A stretch of DNA of 64,000 nucleotides, taken from positions 2,842 to 66,841 of the IMG/VR virus record IMGVR_UViG_3300020577_003088. One strand, given 5' to 3'. The notes below the pieces were generated by a model, which was not told the DNA's origin, did no database searches, and saw nothing but the letters and a program-made list of their open reading frames with translations. Below, one piece after another: positions 44,306 to 52,044 of this stretch (position 1 is the first letter of the stretch; the number at the start of each line of letters is the position of its first letter). The stretch comes from a virus. The translations under genes were made by a program, and so were the position numbers.

Positions 44306-45169
44306 TTAGCCGAGCCCTTTCGGGATCGGCTGCGACGCCTTGCGCACCGGCATCTGGTCAACCCCAGAGCCCCGCTTCGGCGCCCCGATGATGTCGGGCA
44401 CGCCGACGCCCGATTCCATGAGCGCGTAGCGGAGGTTCTTGATCGGGGTCTCGGTGATGTACGAGTTCCATGCGAAGGCAATCGCCGTCATGGCGAAGTC
44501 TTTCTGGATGCCGCCCTTGCGGCGCTGGGCGAAGGCCAGCAGTTCGTTACGCAAGACAAGCCGCGCGTCGCCCGCCGTCAGCCCCTCGCCGAGCGTCACG
44601 CCGTCCACGAACGCAAACATTTGCGGCGCGTAGTTTTGCGTCGCGGTGGCGAGGAAGATCACCGACCCAATGGCGCCGGGGGAGACGACGCCGCGCGCGC
44701 GCAAGGCTTGGCGCGTGACATCCTGCAACCGCTCGTGTTTGGCGACGAACGCCTCCAATTCGGGATTGCTCACAGCGCGCCGCAGCCCGCCAGGCCCGCC
44801 CCGCAGATAGATCACGGCGGCGCGCGCAATGGACGCAAGGTTGCTGGCGTTGGGATAGCCCTTGATATGGAAGACATCGCCCGCCGTGCGGGCCGCGCCC
44901 GTGTCGATGGTGACAAAGACATCCTCGTCCATGCCTTCGATGAGTTCGACTTCGATGGGAAGATCGGCCTCGACGACGGCGTTCAGGCGATGTTGGCCGT
45001 CGAGCAGGCGACCGCTCTTGCCGACGATAATGGTCGAGCCGTTATAGACCCAGCGCCCCTCGCGGATGTCGGCGGCGTAGCGCGCGACGAGGTTCTTGCG
45101 GACGTTCCGGTTGACGGGATTGTTGGCGAGCAGATCGCGCGCCAATTCGGGGGTGATCGTGGTACGCAT
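44306..45169 (-). CDS. ParB/Srx-fold nuclease-domain protein with DGQHR motif
   Basis: IIVGKSGRLLDGQHRLNAV matches the DGQHR/ParB-like N-terminal domain signature. Confidence 0.5.
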   Translation of the reverse strand: MRTTITPELARDLLANNPVNRNVRKNLVARYAADIREGRWVYNGSTIIVGKSGRLLDGQHRLNAVVEADLPIEVELIEGMDEDVFVTIDTGAARTAGDVFHIKGYPNASNLASIARAAVIYLRGGPGGLRRAVSNPELEAFVAKHERLQDVTRQALRARGVVSPGAIGSVIFLATATQNYAPQMFAFVDGVTLGEGLTAGDARLVLRNELLAFAQRRKGGIQKDFAMTAIAFAWNSYITETPIKNLRYALMESGVGVPDIIGAPKRGSGVDQMPVRKASQPIPKGLG

Positions 45170-45465
45170 CAGTCCCTTTTCCTTTCCTTGCGCGGGCGTA
45201 GGGTTCCATCGAAACCGCGCGTCATGTCTTTGCTGAAACCGCGTGACTTGATCTTCTTGACCTTGCCTGACGCGGCTCTCTTCAATTTTCCTGTCTCACC
45301 GCGAAGACGTTTCACCTTGGCGATCTTGCCTTGGTCGATCTTGGTCTTCTTGGCGTGACACGCCTCGCACATGAGTTGATCGGGCAGGGCGCCGGTCCAG
45401 ACGAAGGGGGTGGAATGCTCTTCGTGGAACGGCCCCGTCGAGCCGCACCCCTTGACGCAACACAC
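45169..45465 (-). CDS. Zinc-ribbon small basic protein
   Basis: CVKGC ... CEAC (two CxxC pairs) and a Lys-rich C-terminus. Confidence 0.4.
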   Translation of the reverse strand: MCCVKGCGSTGPFHEEHSTPFVWTGALPDQLMCEACHAKKTKIDQGKIAKVKRLRGETGKLKRAASGKVKKIKSRGFSKDMTRGFDGTLRPRKERKRD

Positions 45466-45521
45466 GCCTTGCTGCTCTGCGAGCAGGGCGGCGCGCGCGC
45501 GCTTCGAGAGGCGGCGGCGTT

Positions 45522-46262
45522 TCAGCTATTCTCCACGGCCCAATCGGGCATGCGCGTCGGATCGGCGGCAGGCGATGGCGCATCCGCCGCCATCTTGCGC
45601 AGGCTGTCTTCTTCCTCCATTTCCCGGCGGATGTTGTAGATCGTCTGCTGCGAGCAGTTGAATTGCTGCGCGAGTTTCGTCGTGCTGTGCCCTGGCTGAC
45701 GCAGCGCCGCCTTGATTTGCTCACGCACATGCGGCGGCAACCCGCGCCCCTGATAGGGAAGGGGCTTTTCCGCGTCGGGGCTTTCGCCGCTTTCCGCCGC
45801 CATGCGCTCCTTCGCGAGGCGCACGAGGATTTGCTTCTGCGTCGAGTAGGTGATGCCGAAGCGCTGGAAAATCTTTCCCGAACCGTACCCCGCCTCGTCC
45901 ATACGGAACACTTCCTCTTGGACCCAGCGCGGCGCCTGCTGGCCGCGCGTGCTCGTCCATTTGCGTTCGGCGGGCGGGATGTCGGGATCGCCGTTCCAGC
46001 CATCGGCCTGCACGGGAGCCGACGCGGGCTTCGGCAGGAATGGTTGCACCGCCGCCTGCTGTCGCTCTTCTTCCTCCTTGGCCAGGCGCTCGACCTCGGA
46101 GACCGCGCGATCCTCGATATTGAGCCGCAGGCTACGCATGGCTTCCTCCCAGAGGGGAAGGGCCTCGATAGGCGTGGCGTCCATCGCTGCGACCAGCGCG
46201 TCTTCGCTGACGCCCAAATTGCGCATCACGAGGAACCTCGCGACGACTTCTTTCGTATTCAT
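45522..46262 (-). CDS. DNA-binding protein with two HTH motifs
   Basis: Internal ATG (MNTKEVVARF...) with a perfect AAGGAGG RBS. The longer upstream frame overlaps the next gene. HTH-like GKIFQRFGITYSTQKQILVRL and STTKLAQQFNCSQQTIYNIRR. Confidence 0.5.
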   Translation of the reverse strand: MNTKEVVARFLVMRNLGVSEDALVAAMDATPIEALPLWEEAMRSLRLNIEDRAVSEVERLAKEEEERQQAAVQPFLPKPASAPVQADGWNGDPDIPPAERKWTSTRGQQAPRWVQEEVFRMDEAGYGSGKIFQRFGITYSTQKQILVRLAKERMAAESGESPDAEKPLPYQGRGLPPHVREQIKAALRQPGHSTTKLAQQFNCSQQTIYNIRREMEEEDSLRKMAADAPSPAADPTRMPDWAVENS

Positions 46263-46284
46263 AGTCCTTGCCTCCTTCACGCGC

Positions 46285-47160
46285 CTATTTGCCCAGCGCG
46301 TCGTCCATGAGTTCCTTGGCGCGGTTAACGATGTCGGGGTGCCAGCCCGCCAGCAGGAGCCGCGCCGCTTCGTCAAGGCGCTCCTGATTGGCTTTCTTGC
46401 CCGCCCAATTAGAGAGCGCGCGAAGGGTGTTGCGACGTTGCAGTTCTCGCAGTGGATCGAGGGGAGACGGCGCGGCGGTCGCCCGGTCTGCCTTGTGGCG
46501 TTCAACCTCGCGCGGCAGCGGACGCGCCACCGCCTGCGGTCGAGGCGGGCTTTGCGGTCGCGGCGCGTTTGCGGCAGCGTTGACGGCGGGTCGATATTTC
46601 GGGTCTTCTTGGCGCCTTGTCGCGCCGAGTTCTCGCAATGTACGGCGCACGTCCGACAAAGTGTTGGCGTTCGCACGCCAATCCGAAGGAGTGCATGCGT
46701 AGAAGTAACGCCGATCTTGGCCGCGAAAGGATAGCTTGACTGACAAATGCCCGCCGTTGCGGTGGCCCTCAAAGGCGAGCGTAACGCCAGGCCAGTCTTC
46801 GATTTCTCGTTCCAGCGTCTCTTCTAGCTCTCGCCGACGTTTTGCGCTGGACACGTCATCCGCCTCCCGATCCGTCTTTTGTTGTCCGCCGCTGTGCTTG
46901 TCGCCATTGCGTTCGGCGGTTTCAGCAATGGTCGCGCCGAGTTCTCGCAGCGCCTTCCTCGCGTCGCGTGCAACGTAGTGGAAAGCGTTGCGATCTCCCA
47001 CTGTGTCAGAGTAGAAAACCTTTCGGCTCTGATCGCCGAAAGTCAGCAGCGCAAAAGGTCGCTGACCATTCCGGTCGAAAGCGATAGAGACCGCCTCATA
47101 CTTGGCGACCTCGCGCTCAATAGCCTCTTTCATTTCCCGTTGTCGCGTCGCAGAACTCAT
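46285..47160 (-). CDS. Protein with tandem-duplicated ~95-aa domain (function unknown)
   Basis: Two repeats share EREvxxxxxVxxAF...FY..T..D..A....D.R..LRELGAT. Start taken at MSSATRQ (47160). Confidence 0.5.
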   Translation of the reverse strand: MSSATRQREMKEAIEREVAKYEAVSIAFDRNGQRPFALLTFGDQSRKVFYSDTVGDRNAFHYVARDARKALRELGATIAETAERNGDKHSGGQQKTDREADDVSSAKRRRELEETLEREIEDWPGVTLAFEGHRNGGHLSVKLSFRGQDRRYFYACTPSDWRANANTLSDVRRTLRELGATRRQEDPKYRPAVNAAANAPRPQSPPRPQAVARPLPREVERHKADRATAAPSPLDPLRELQRRNTLRALSNWAGKKANQERLDEAARLLLAGWHPDIVNRAKELMDDALGK

Positions 47161-47183
47161 GGCCTCTCCGCCTCTCCGTCGCC

Positions 47184-47387
47184 CTAGATAAGCGTTTGCA
47201 TATCGCGGCGCAAGCCCAGCCGCGCCCACGCCGCCTCATCTTCGATTTCCCCAAGCGTGATCGCCCGGTCTACCTCGTGCATCGACACCCGGAAAAGCCG
47301 CGCCGCCGTGTGCCGGTCGAGCCCTTGCTTGACCATGCGGACGGCCAGCGCCACGGCCTCGGCGCGGCGCATGGGAGACGAAGCCAT
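47184..47387 (-). CDS. Small HTH DNA-binding protein (67 aa)
   Basis: C-terminal 67 codons of a long spurious track ORF. GGAGG RBS 7 nt upstream of the ATG. HTH LDRHTAARLFRVSMHEVDRAI. Confidence 0.4.
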   Translation of the reverse strand: MASSPMRRAEAVALAVRMVKQGLDRHTAARLFRVSMHEVDRAITLGEIEDEAAWARLGLRRDMQTLI

Positions 47388-47497
47388 AATGACGCCTCCA
47401 TCCTGTGGTGGGTGAGGGCGCGGATCGAGAACGCAGGCGCCATCTGTCAGCCCCAAACGTCCCGCGTTCTGCGGAATGACCCGCGCCCTCGGCTGGT

Positions 47498-47938
47498 TCA
47501 TGGCGGTGAGTTCCCCGCCATGATGTCGTTGACCTCTTTCGTCAGATCGTCCTTGTTGATGCTCGGCAGTATGCGGGTCAGGATCACCTGTTCCGCTCGC
47601 TGGTAGAACTGGTCGAAGGCTGCTTGATCCATCTTGGCGAAGGCGATGGAGCCAGGAACGATCATGGTCCGTCCATCCGGCAGCTTCACCGTCTCGCCAA
47701 GGCCGCACGCACACTTCATCGCCGCCGCGAACGTCTCCATGGTGGGGTAGAGGTCTTGATGCGGGAAGACCGCGTTGAGCAGGGCGAAGTATTTCCGATG
47801 GTGGTTGATGTTGCGAGGCTGCGAGATCACCGCCTTCACAACCACGCCATGCGGGATCGTGGCGAGGGCTTCCTCGCTCTCGCGATCTGCGGCGCGCAGC
47901 GCGCCAAGATGGCGCTTGAGGAAGACGGTCGTCGCCAT
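47498..47938 (-). CDS. NinB/Orf-like recombination mediator (putative)
   Basis: 146 aa. RNINHHRKYFALLNAV resembles the lambda NinB RSLDQNRKLWACLGDV segment. Adjacent to recT. Confidence 0.4.
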   Translation of the reverse strand: MATTVFLKRHLGALRAADRESEEALATIPHGVVVKAVISQPRNINHHRKYFALLNAVFPHQDLYPTMETFAAAMKCACGLGETVKLPDGRTMIVPGSIAFAKMDQAAFDQFYQRAEQVILTRILPSINKDDLTKEVNDIMAGNSPP

Positions 47939-48879
47939 CAGGCCGGGTTCGCCTCCAGCAGCGTGGCCATGCGCAATTCGATCTTGGCCTTGAGTGCGAG
48001 CGCGTCGGATTTGCTCTCGGCCCAGAATTGTTGCAGCGCCGCCGCGTTCGTGCGCGTGAAGAAATCGAGTTCGTCGGGCGTGCCCAGCTTTGCAATGTGA
48101 TCCATGACGCGATCCGCGAACCGCCCCCACGGCACCAGTTCGTTCGGCTCGCCGACATTCCACGACACCAGCGCGCCAGGCCCGCCGACACGCGCGGATC
48201 GCTCTTCGGCGCGGTACTTCTCCACAACCTCGAAGGCGCCGTCGATGACAATGGCGCGATCCATTTCCTCTTCGCCATACAGCCCCGAGAAGTGCGCGGG
48301 CCAGCCGCGCCGCAGCGCTTGCGCCTCGGCGCACTTGGCGATCATCACCCGCGCCATGCGCTGCCAGTTCGGCGCCAATTTCTTCTTGCCGGTGGGCCGT
48401 CGTCTGCCGGTCTCGTCTTCGGCCCACACGTCTTCGATGGCGCAATACTCATCCCAATAGGCTTCACCCGCCACGGGAAACCATGTTCCAGACACCGCAT
48501 CCCGCCGCCACACGATGACCTCCGCGCGAACAATGCCAAGCGGGTTTGTCACGGGGTCTTTCAGGGCCTCGTCATATTCGATCTTCGGAGAGGTCTCGGA
48601 AGGGCGATAGTCGCCCATGCGATCCGCAATCGCCCGCAGTCCATCTATCGTGTAGATGATGGACATTTTCCGCTTGGTGTTGTCGTTCTTGTTGAAGACG
48701 ACGGCGGTGATCTGGCGGCGGATCGGGTCAAGCCCGGCGCTCAACGCCGCCGCCATGAACAGATCGAACTCTTCGCCGTTCGTGTCCTTGGCCACCGTCC
48801 GCTTGATGAGATCAAGCTGGTTGGCGGTGAAGGAGACGGGCGGACGGGGCGGCGCGGGCGGGAGCGTTACTTCAGACAT
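47938..48879 (-). CDS. recT: RecT-family single-strand annealing recombinase
   Basis: TANQLDLIKRTVAKDTNGEEFDLFMAAALSAGLDPIRRQITAVVF is the canonical RecT/Bet N-terminal signature. 313 aa. Confidence 0.75.
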   Translation of the reverse strand: MSEVTLPPAPPRPPVSFTANQLDLIKRTVAKDTNGEEFDLFMAAALSAGLDPIRRQITAVVFNKNDNTKRKMSIIYTIDGLRAIADRMGDYRPSETSPKIEYDEALKDPVTNPLGIVRAEVIVWRRDAVSGTWFPVAGEAYWDEYCAIEDVWAEDETGRRRPTGKKKLAPNWQRMARVMIAKCAEAQALRRGWPAHFSGLYGEEEMDRAIVIDGAFEVVEKYRAEERSARVGGPGALVSWNVGEPNELVPWGRFADRVMDHIAKLGTPDELDFFTRTNAAALQQFWAESKSDALALKAKIELRMATLLEANPA

Positions 48880-49403
48880 CAGCGTCTCCGAATGGTCAGC
48901 GTCTCGCCGCCATTGTCGAGCATGGCGCCTTCGATCTCGACACGCTCTTCCGGCGGCTTCCGTTCTTCCGCCAGCAGGGCGTCTTTCAACGCCTTCTTGT
49001 CAAGAACAGGATCGGGCTGTTTCCAGAAACGGGCGGGGATCGCCGCCTCGTTCGTCGTCTGGAGTTGTCGCGCCTTCTTGCCGAGCGAGATCGTCGCAGA
49101 AGGGCGCTCGATCTTCGTCGTCTCCAGCAACCGCAGCGCTTGTCCGATCACCGTGCGACGGGTTTCCTGCCGCTTCTGGACGCGCGCCTGGCGCGCTTCC
49201 AGCGTGTCGATCATGTGTTGGAGGCCGGTGATGAGGCCAGCGTCTTCAAGATCGCCCGCCAGCAAACCATCCACCATGTCCATGATCCCGGTCTCGCCCT
49301 CGGCCATGTCGAGAAGGAGGTCTCCATCCTCGCCATGGCCGAGATCGGCCAGTGTCTTCTTCAAGGCGGCGACCGCCTCAAACTCACGGGCCAGCGTGGA
49401 CAT
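48879..49403 (-). CDS. Gp157-like protein (putative)
   Basis: ~170-aa helical protein directly upstream of recT, the usual context of the siphovirus Gp157 family. Internal ATG (MSTLAREF...) taken as the start. Confidence 0.35.
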   Translation of the reverse strand: MSTLAREFEAVAALKKTLADLGHGEDGDLLLDMAEGETGIMDMVDGLLAGDLEDAGLITGLQHMIDTLEARQARVQKRQETRRTVIGQALRLLETTKIERPSATISLGKKARQLQTTNEAAIPARFWKQPDPVLDKKALKDALLAEERKPPEERVEIEGAMLDNGGETLTIRRR

Positions 49404-49996
49404 CAGGCGCGACCCGACGACGGCGTTTCGGACAGCTTGCGGAGCAGTTCCACAACTTGCTCCCCGGCCTTCGCCTCCTTCACGTCGTCCTTGGTCTTGG
49501 ACGCGATGGCTTCCTCGGCGACATATGCCTTCATGCGCCGCGAGTCCGCCAGAAACTCGACCAATGGCGCCGAGAAGATCGGGCGGCCCGTACGCTCGCT
49601 GAATTGCGCCGCCGCCGCCCGCGAACCGCTGGTCGAAGTCCACCCGACAACGCAGTCGATCATGTCGCAGGCGTGCGTGTTGGTCACGTCTTCAAGCGAC
49701 AGGGGCGCCAGAGCGGGCGTCACATAGCGGCGGAAGACCATCACGCCGCCGGGCGGCCAGCGCCCAAGCCAGAGCGACGGCTTCGGCATGACCAGATCGC
49801 CAGGCTCGAAAGTTTCCTTGGCGTCGAGCGCTGCGCATCCTTCACGCAGGAGCGCGATGGCCTCATCCGCCGTCGTGTTGTCTTCAGCCGGATCGGGGAG
49901 GCCGTCTGTCGGATCGCCGCCAGTCATCGCCGCGAGCGCTTTCTTCAGCGGCTCCGGCATATCGTCGTCGCCGCCGAACACTACATTGATGCCCAT
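49403..49996 (-). CDS. Hypothetical protein (197 aa)
   Basis: ORF in the leftward early operon. No motif recognised. Confidence 0.45.
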   Translation of the reverse strand: MGINVVFGGDDDMPEPLKKALAAMTGGDPTDGLPDPAEDNTTADEAIALLREGCAALDAKETFEPGDLVMPKPSLWLGRWPPGGVMVFRRYVTPALAPLSLEDVTNTHACDMIDCVVGWTSTSGSRAAAAQFSERTGRPIFSAPLVEFLADSRRMKAYVAEEAIASKTKDDVKEAKAGEQVVELLRKLSETPSSGRA

Positions 49997-50017
49997 GAGA
50001 GTTCCTTTCTGTATGGG

Positions 50018-50326
50018 TCAGGGAAACTTGAACGGTTGCCAGACGTAGTTCATCCACGGCTGGGGTTTAGGTTGTGGCGGCGGCCTGTTGGATGGCTCCG
50101 GGGCTGGCGCCGTCAGGGAGAGCAGGGGGTCGGCGTCACGCTTGGCCTGATCGAGCGCGATCTCCATGACCTCTGGCGGCACCCCGCGCGTGCGGAAGTA
50201 CGCGAGCGTGTTCGCCCAGATCATCTTCGCCGCGTGCTCGGACGTATAGGTCAACCGATCCGCCAGCTTCACGCTGTCGGCGAAGTCCTTTTGGAACTCC
50301 GCATCGCTGGGCCGTTCGCGCTGCAT
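50018..50326 (-). CDS. Hypothetical protein (102 aa, Pro-rich C-terminus)
   Basis: ORF in the leftward early operon. Confidence 0.45.
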   Translation of the reverse strand: MQRERPSDAEFQKDFADSVKLADRLTYTSEHAAKMIWANTLAYFRTRGVPPEVMEIALDQAKRDADPLLSLTAPAPEPSNRPPPQPKPQPWMNYVWQPFKFP

Positions 50327-50670
50327 CAGCCGCGTCCCCCGGATTTGCGTTCTATCTCGTCTTCTTCAACGGCGGCGGCGTAGGCTTCCGCGTAAACCTT
50401 GGACGCATTCAGAAACTCTTCCGCCGCCTGAAGGGCGCCGACCAGCGCGCGTCCTTTGGCGATCAGCTTTGGCGTCAGCTTGGCGTCGGCCACGGCGCTC
50501 GGCGCATTGAGCGCGTCATTGTAGCATTTCGCCATGAGCGCGTAGGTGTCCGGCTTTCCGACTTCGAGGAGCGCCATCGCCGCATTTATCATCGCCTTGT
50601 CGCACTCACGAGAAACGAGAGTCACGGCCAGTTTGCCGATGACCTCGCGAAATGGCTTCATCCCTGACAT
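50326..50670 (-). CDS. First gene of the leftward early operon (helical, 114 aa)
   Basis: Start taken at MSGMKPF. Divergent from the Cro-like gene at 50782. Confidence 0.45.
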   Translation of the reverse strand: MSGMKPFREVIGKLAVTLVSRECDKAMINAAMALLEVGKPDTYALMAKCYNDALNAPSAVADAKLTPKLIAKGRALVGALQAAEEFLNASKVYAEAYAAAVEEDEIERKSGGRG

Positions 50671-50719
50671 CGCGTCGCTCCGAGTTCCACATCGCCAAGA
50701 TGGGCGTTTGCGCATCGAC

Positions 50720-50772
50720 CGTCAAGGCTCGCCTGACGCGCGATTGCTCATTTTCTCGACAATCGGTAGAGT
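50720..50772 (+). promoter_or_regulatory. Switch region: palindrome CGTCA-N9-TGACG plus promoter TTGCTC-N17-TAGAGT for the Cro-like gene
   Basis: Palindrome at 50720-50738. The -35/-10 pair (50744-50772) ends 9 nt before ATG 50782, implying a near-leaderless mRNA. Confidence 0.35.
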
Positions 50773-50781
50773 GATTCGCGC

Positions 50782-50997
50782 ATGACAGCCGCGACGAAAG
50801 ACCTGACGCCGAGAGACGCCATCCGCCGCTTACAGCGGATCGACGTGACGGCGAAGGAGTGGTGCGAGCGCGCCGAGGTCAGCGTCTCCACATGGCAGCG
50901 CTGGCAACGCGGGGCGCATGAACCGCGAGCCTCGACGCGGCGTGTCCTGGCGATGGCGCTGTGCGCCATGGAAAGGGAAAGGGGCAGGGATGATTGA
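50782..50997 (+). CDS. Cro/XRE-family HTH regulator
   Basis: 71 aa. HTH AKEWCERAEVSVSTWQRWQRG. First gene of the rightward unit, divergent from the leftward operon. Confidence 0.55.
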   Translation: MTAATKDLTPRDAIRRLQRIDVTAKEWCERAEVSVSTWQRWQRGAHEPRASTRRVLAMALCAMERERGRDD

Positions 50998-51169
50998 GGG
51001 ATGGCTCACTGACATAGAGGCGTGGATGGAGGGCGGCGGGGTGGCGATCCTCGCGTTCGGGGGGTGGCTGCTGATGATCGCGATGATGGTCGCGCGCCTC
51101 CTTTACCAGACGTTCGTTCACCCGCTCGACCCGCCGGAGGATCACTATGGCCGCCGTCGCGACTGGTAA
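50990..51169 (+). CDS. Small membrane protein (59 aa)
   Basis: ATGA overlap with the cro-like gene. TM segment VAILAFGGWLLMIAMMVARLL. Confidence 0.35.
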   Translation: MIEGWLTDIEAWMEGGGVAILAFGGWLLMIAMMVARLLYQTFVHPLDPPEDHYGRRRDW

Positions 51170-51398
51170 GCGGCTCACCCTGTCGGGGTGGGAGCGGTGC
51201 TGTCTGATCGGCGTCTACTTCAACGACAAGGCCAGCAGCCGTGAGACCTTGATCGCGGAGGCCGCGCTCCGACGTAAGGGGCTGCTCACGCCAGAGCGGG
51301 CGCTGACGCCGCGTGGCAAGCAGATCGCCGAGAAACTGATCGACAAGATGGATAGGAGGCTTTTTCAGCCGTGGAATGGGTCGGGCACTACATCCTGA
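51147..51398 (+). CDS. Hypothetical protein (83 aa)
   Basis: ORF in the rightward unit. Confidence 0.4.
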   Translation: MAAVATGKRLTLSGWERCCLIGVYFNDKASSRETLIAEAALRRKGLLTPERALTPRGKQIAEKLIDKMDRRLFQPWNGSGTTS

Positions 51399-51724
51399 AG
51401 GGGCGTGAGCCCGTGGCCGTGTCCCTAGAAGAGTGGATGCGGTGGTGGCCCGACGCCGACCGCGTGGTGGCGCGAACTCGACTGGCGAGCGGCGTGACTG
51501 TTTCGACGGTGTTTCTCGCCCTTGACCCTAACTTCCATGGCGATGGACCGCCCCTCTTGTTTGAGACGATGGTCTTCGATGCGCCTAGCGATCCCTCGCG
51601 CCCGTTCGGCGAAGATAGGCTCTGCCGTCGCTATCCGACATGGGCGGACGCCGAGATCGGCCATATGGAAGTGTGTGAAATGCTGGAGCCTGACTTTCTA
51701 TTCACAGGCCGCGCACAACATTGA
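51371..51724 (+). CDS. Hypothetical protein
   Basis: ORF. The start is uncertain (GTG at 51371 or ATG at 51440). Confidence 0.35.
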   Translation: MEWVGHYILKGREPVAVSLEEWMRWWPDADRVVARTRLASGVTVSTVFLALDPNFHGDGPPLLFETMVFDAPSDPSRPFGEDRLCRRYPTWADAEIGHMEVCEMLEPDFLFTGRAQH

Positions 51725-52044
51725 GGGCGCCGCCGCCGCCTTTCATTTGACGCGAATCGAGAAGCCGGAAAACTGAAGCGGCCCCGGAGAAGGAACCTCC
51801 GAGGCCGCTTCCGCGACGAGCGGGGACGCATCAAATCGCAACGCCAGTCTGGTGAGGAGCCCGGCGTGAACCAAGTATATAGGGCGCTTCGCCCTTCCGA
51901 TACAAGTCCTTGTGTGCGCCGCCGCGCCGCACCGCCCGCAGCCCGCCGGGAACCCGGCGCCGCCGGGATCGCCGCCTATTCTGCCGTGATGTTCTCGGCG
52001 TCAGCGGCATCGCTTTACATAATAAACATTACGCGAGTCGACGC

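Noticed and set aside
45296-46310. Overlapping alternative-frame ORFs (45296-46003 minus, 45663-46310 plus) over the two-HTH gene
   Set aside because: Conflict with a gene that has a perfect AAGGAGG RBS and HTH motifs. Compositionally artefactual.
47184-48278. 364-aa minus ORF overlapping the NinB-like and RecT genes in another frame
   Set aside because: Only its last 67 codons (47184-47387) form a plausible gene with an RBS and an HTH. The upstream part overlaps two well-supported genes.
48028-50383. Long plus-strand ORFs (48028-49602, 49352-50383) in the leftward early region
   Set aside because: Antisense to RecT, Gp157-like and following genes. Ser/Arg/Pro-rich translations. No RBS.
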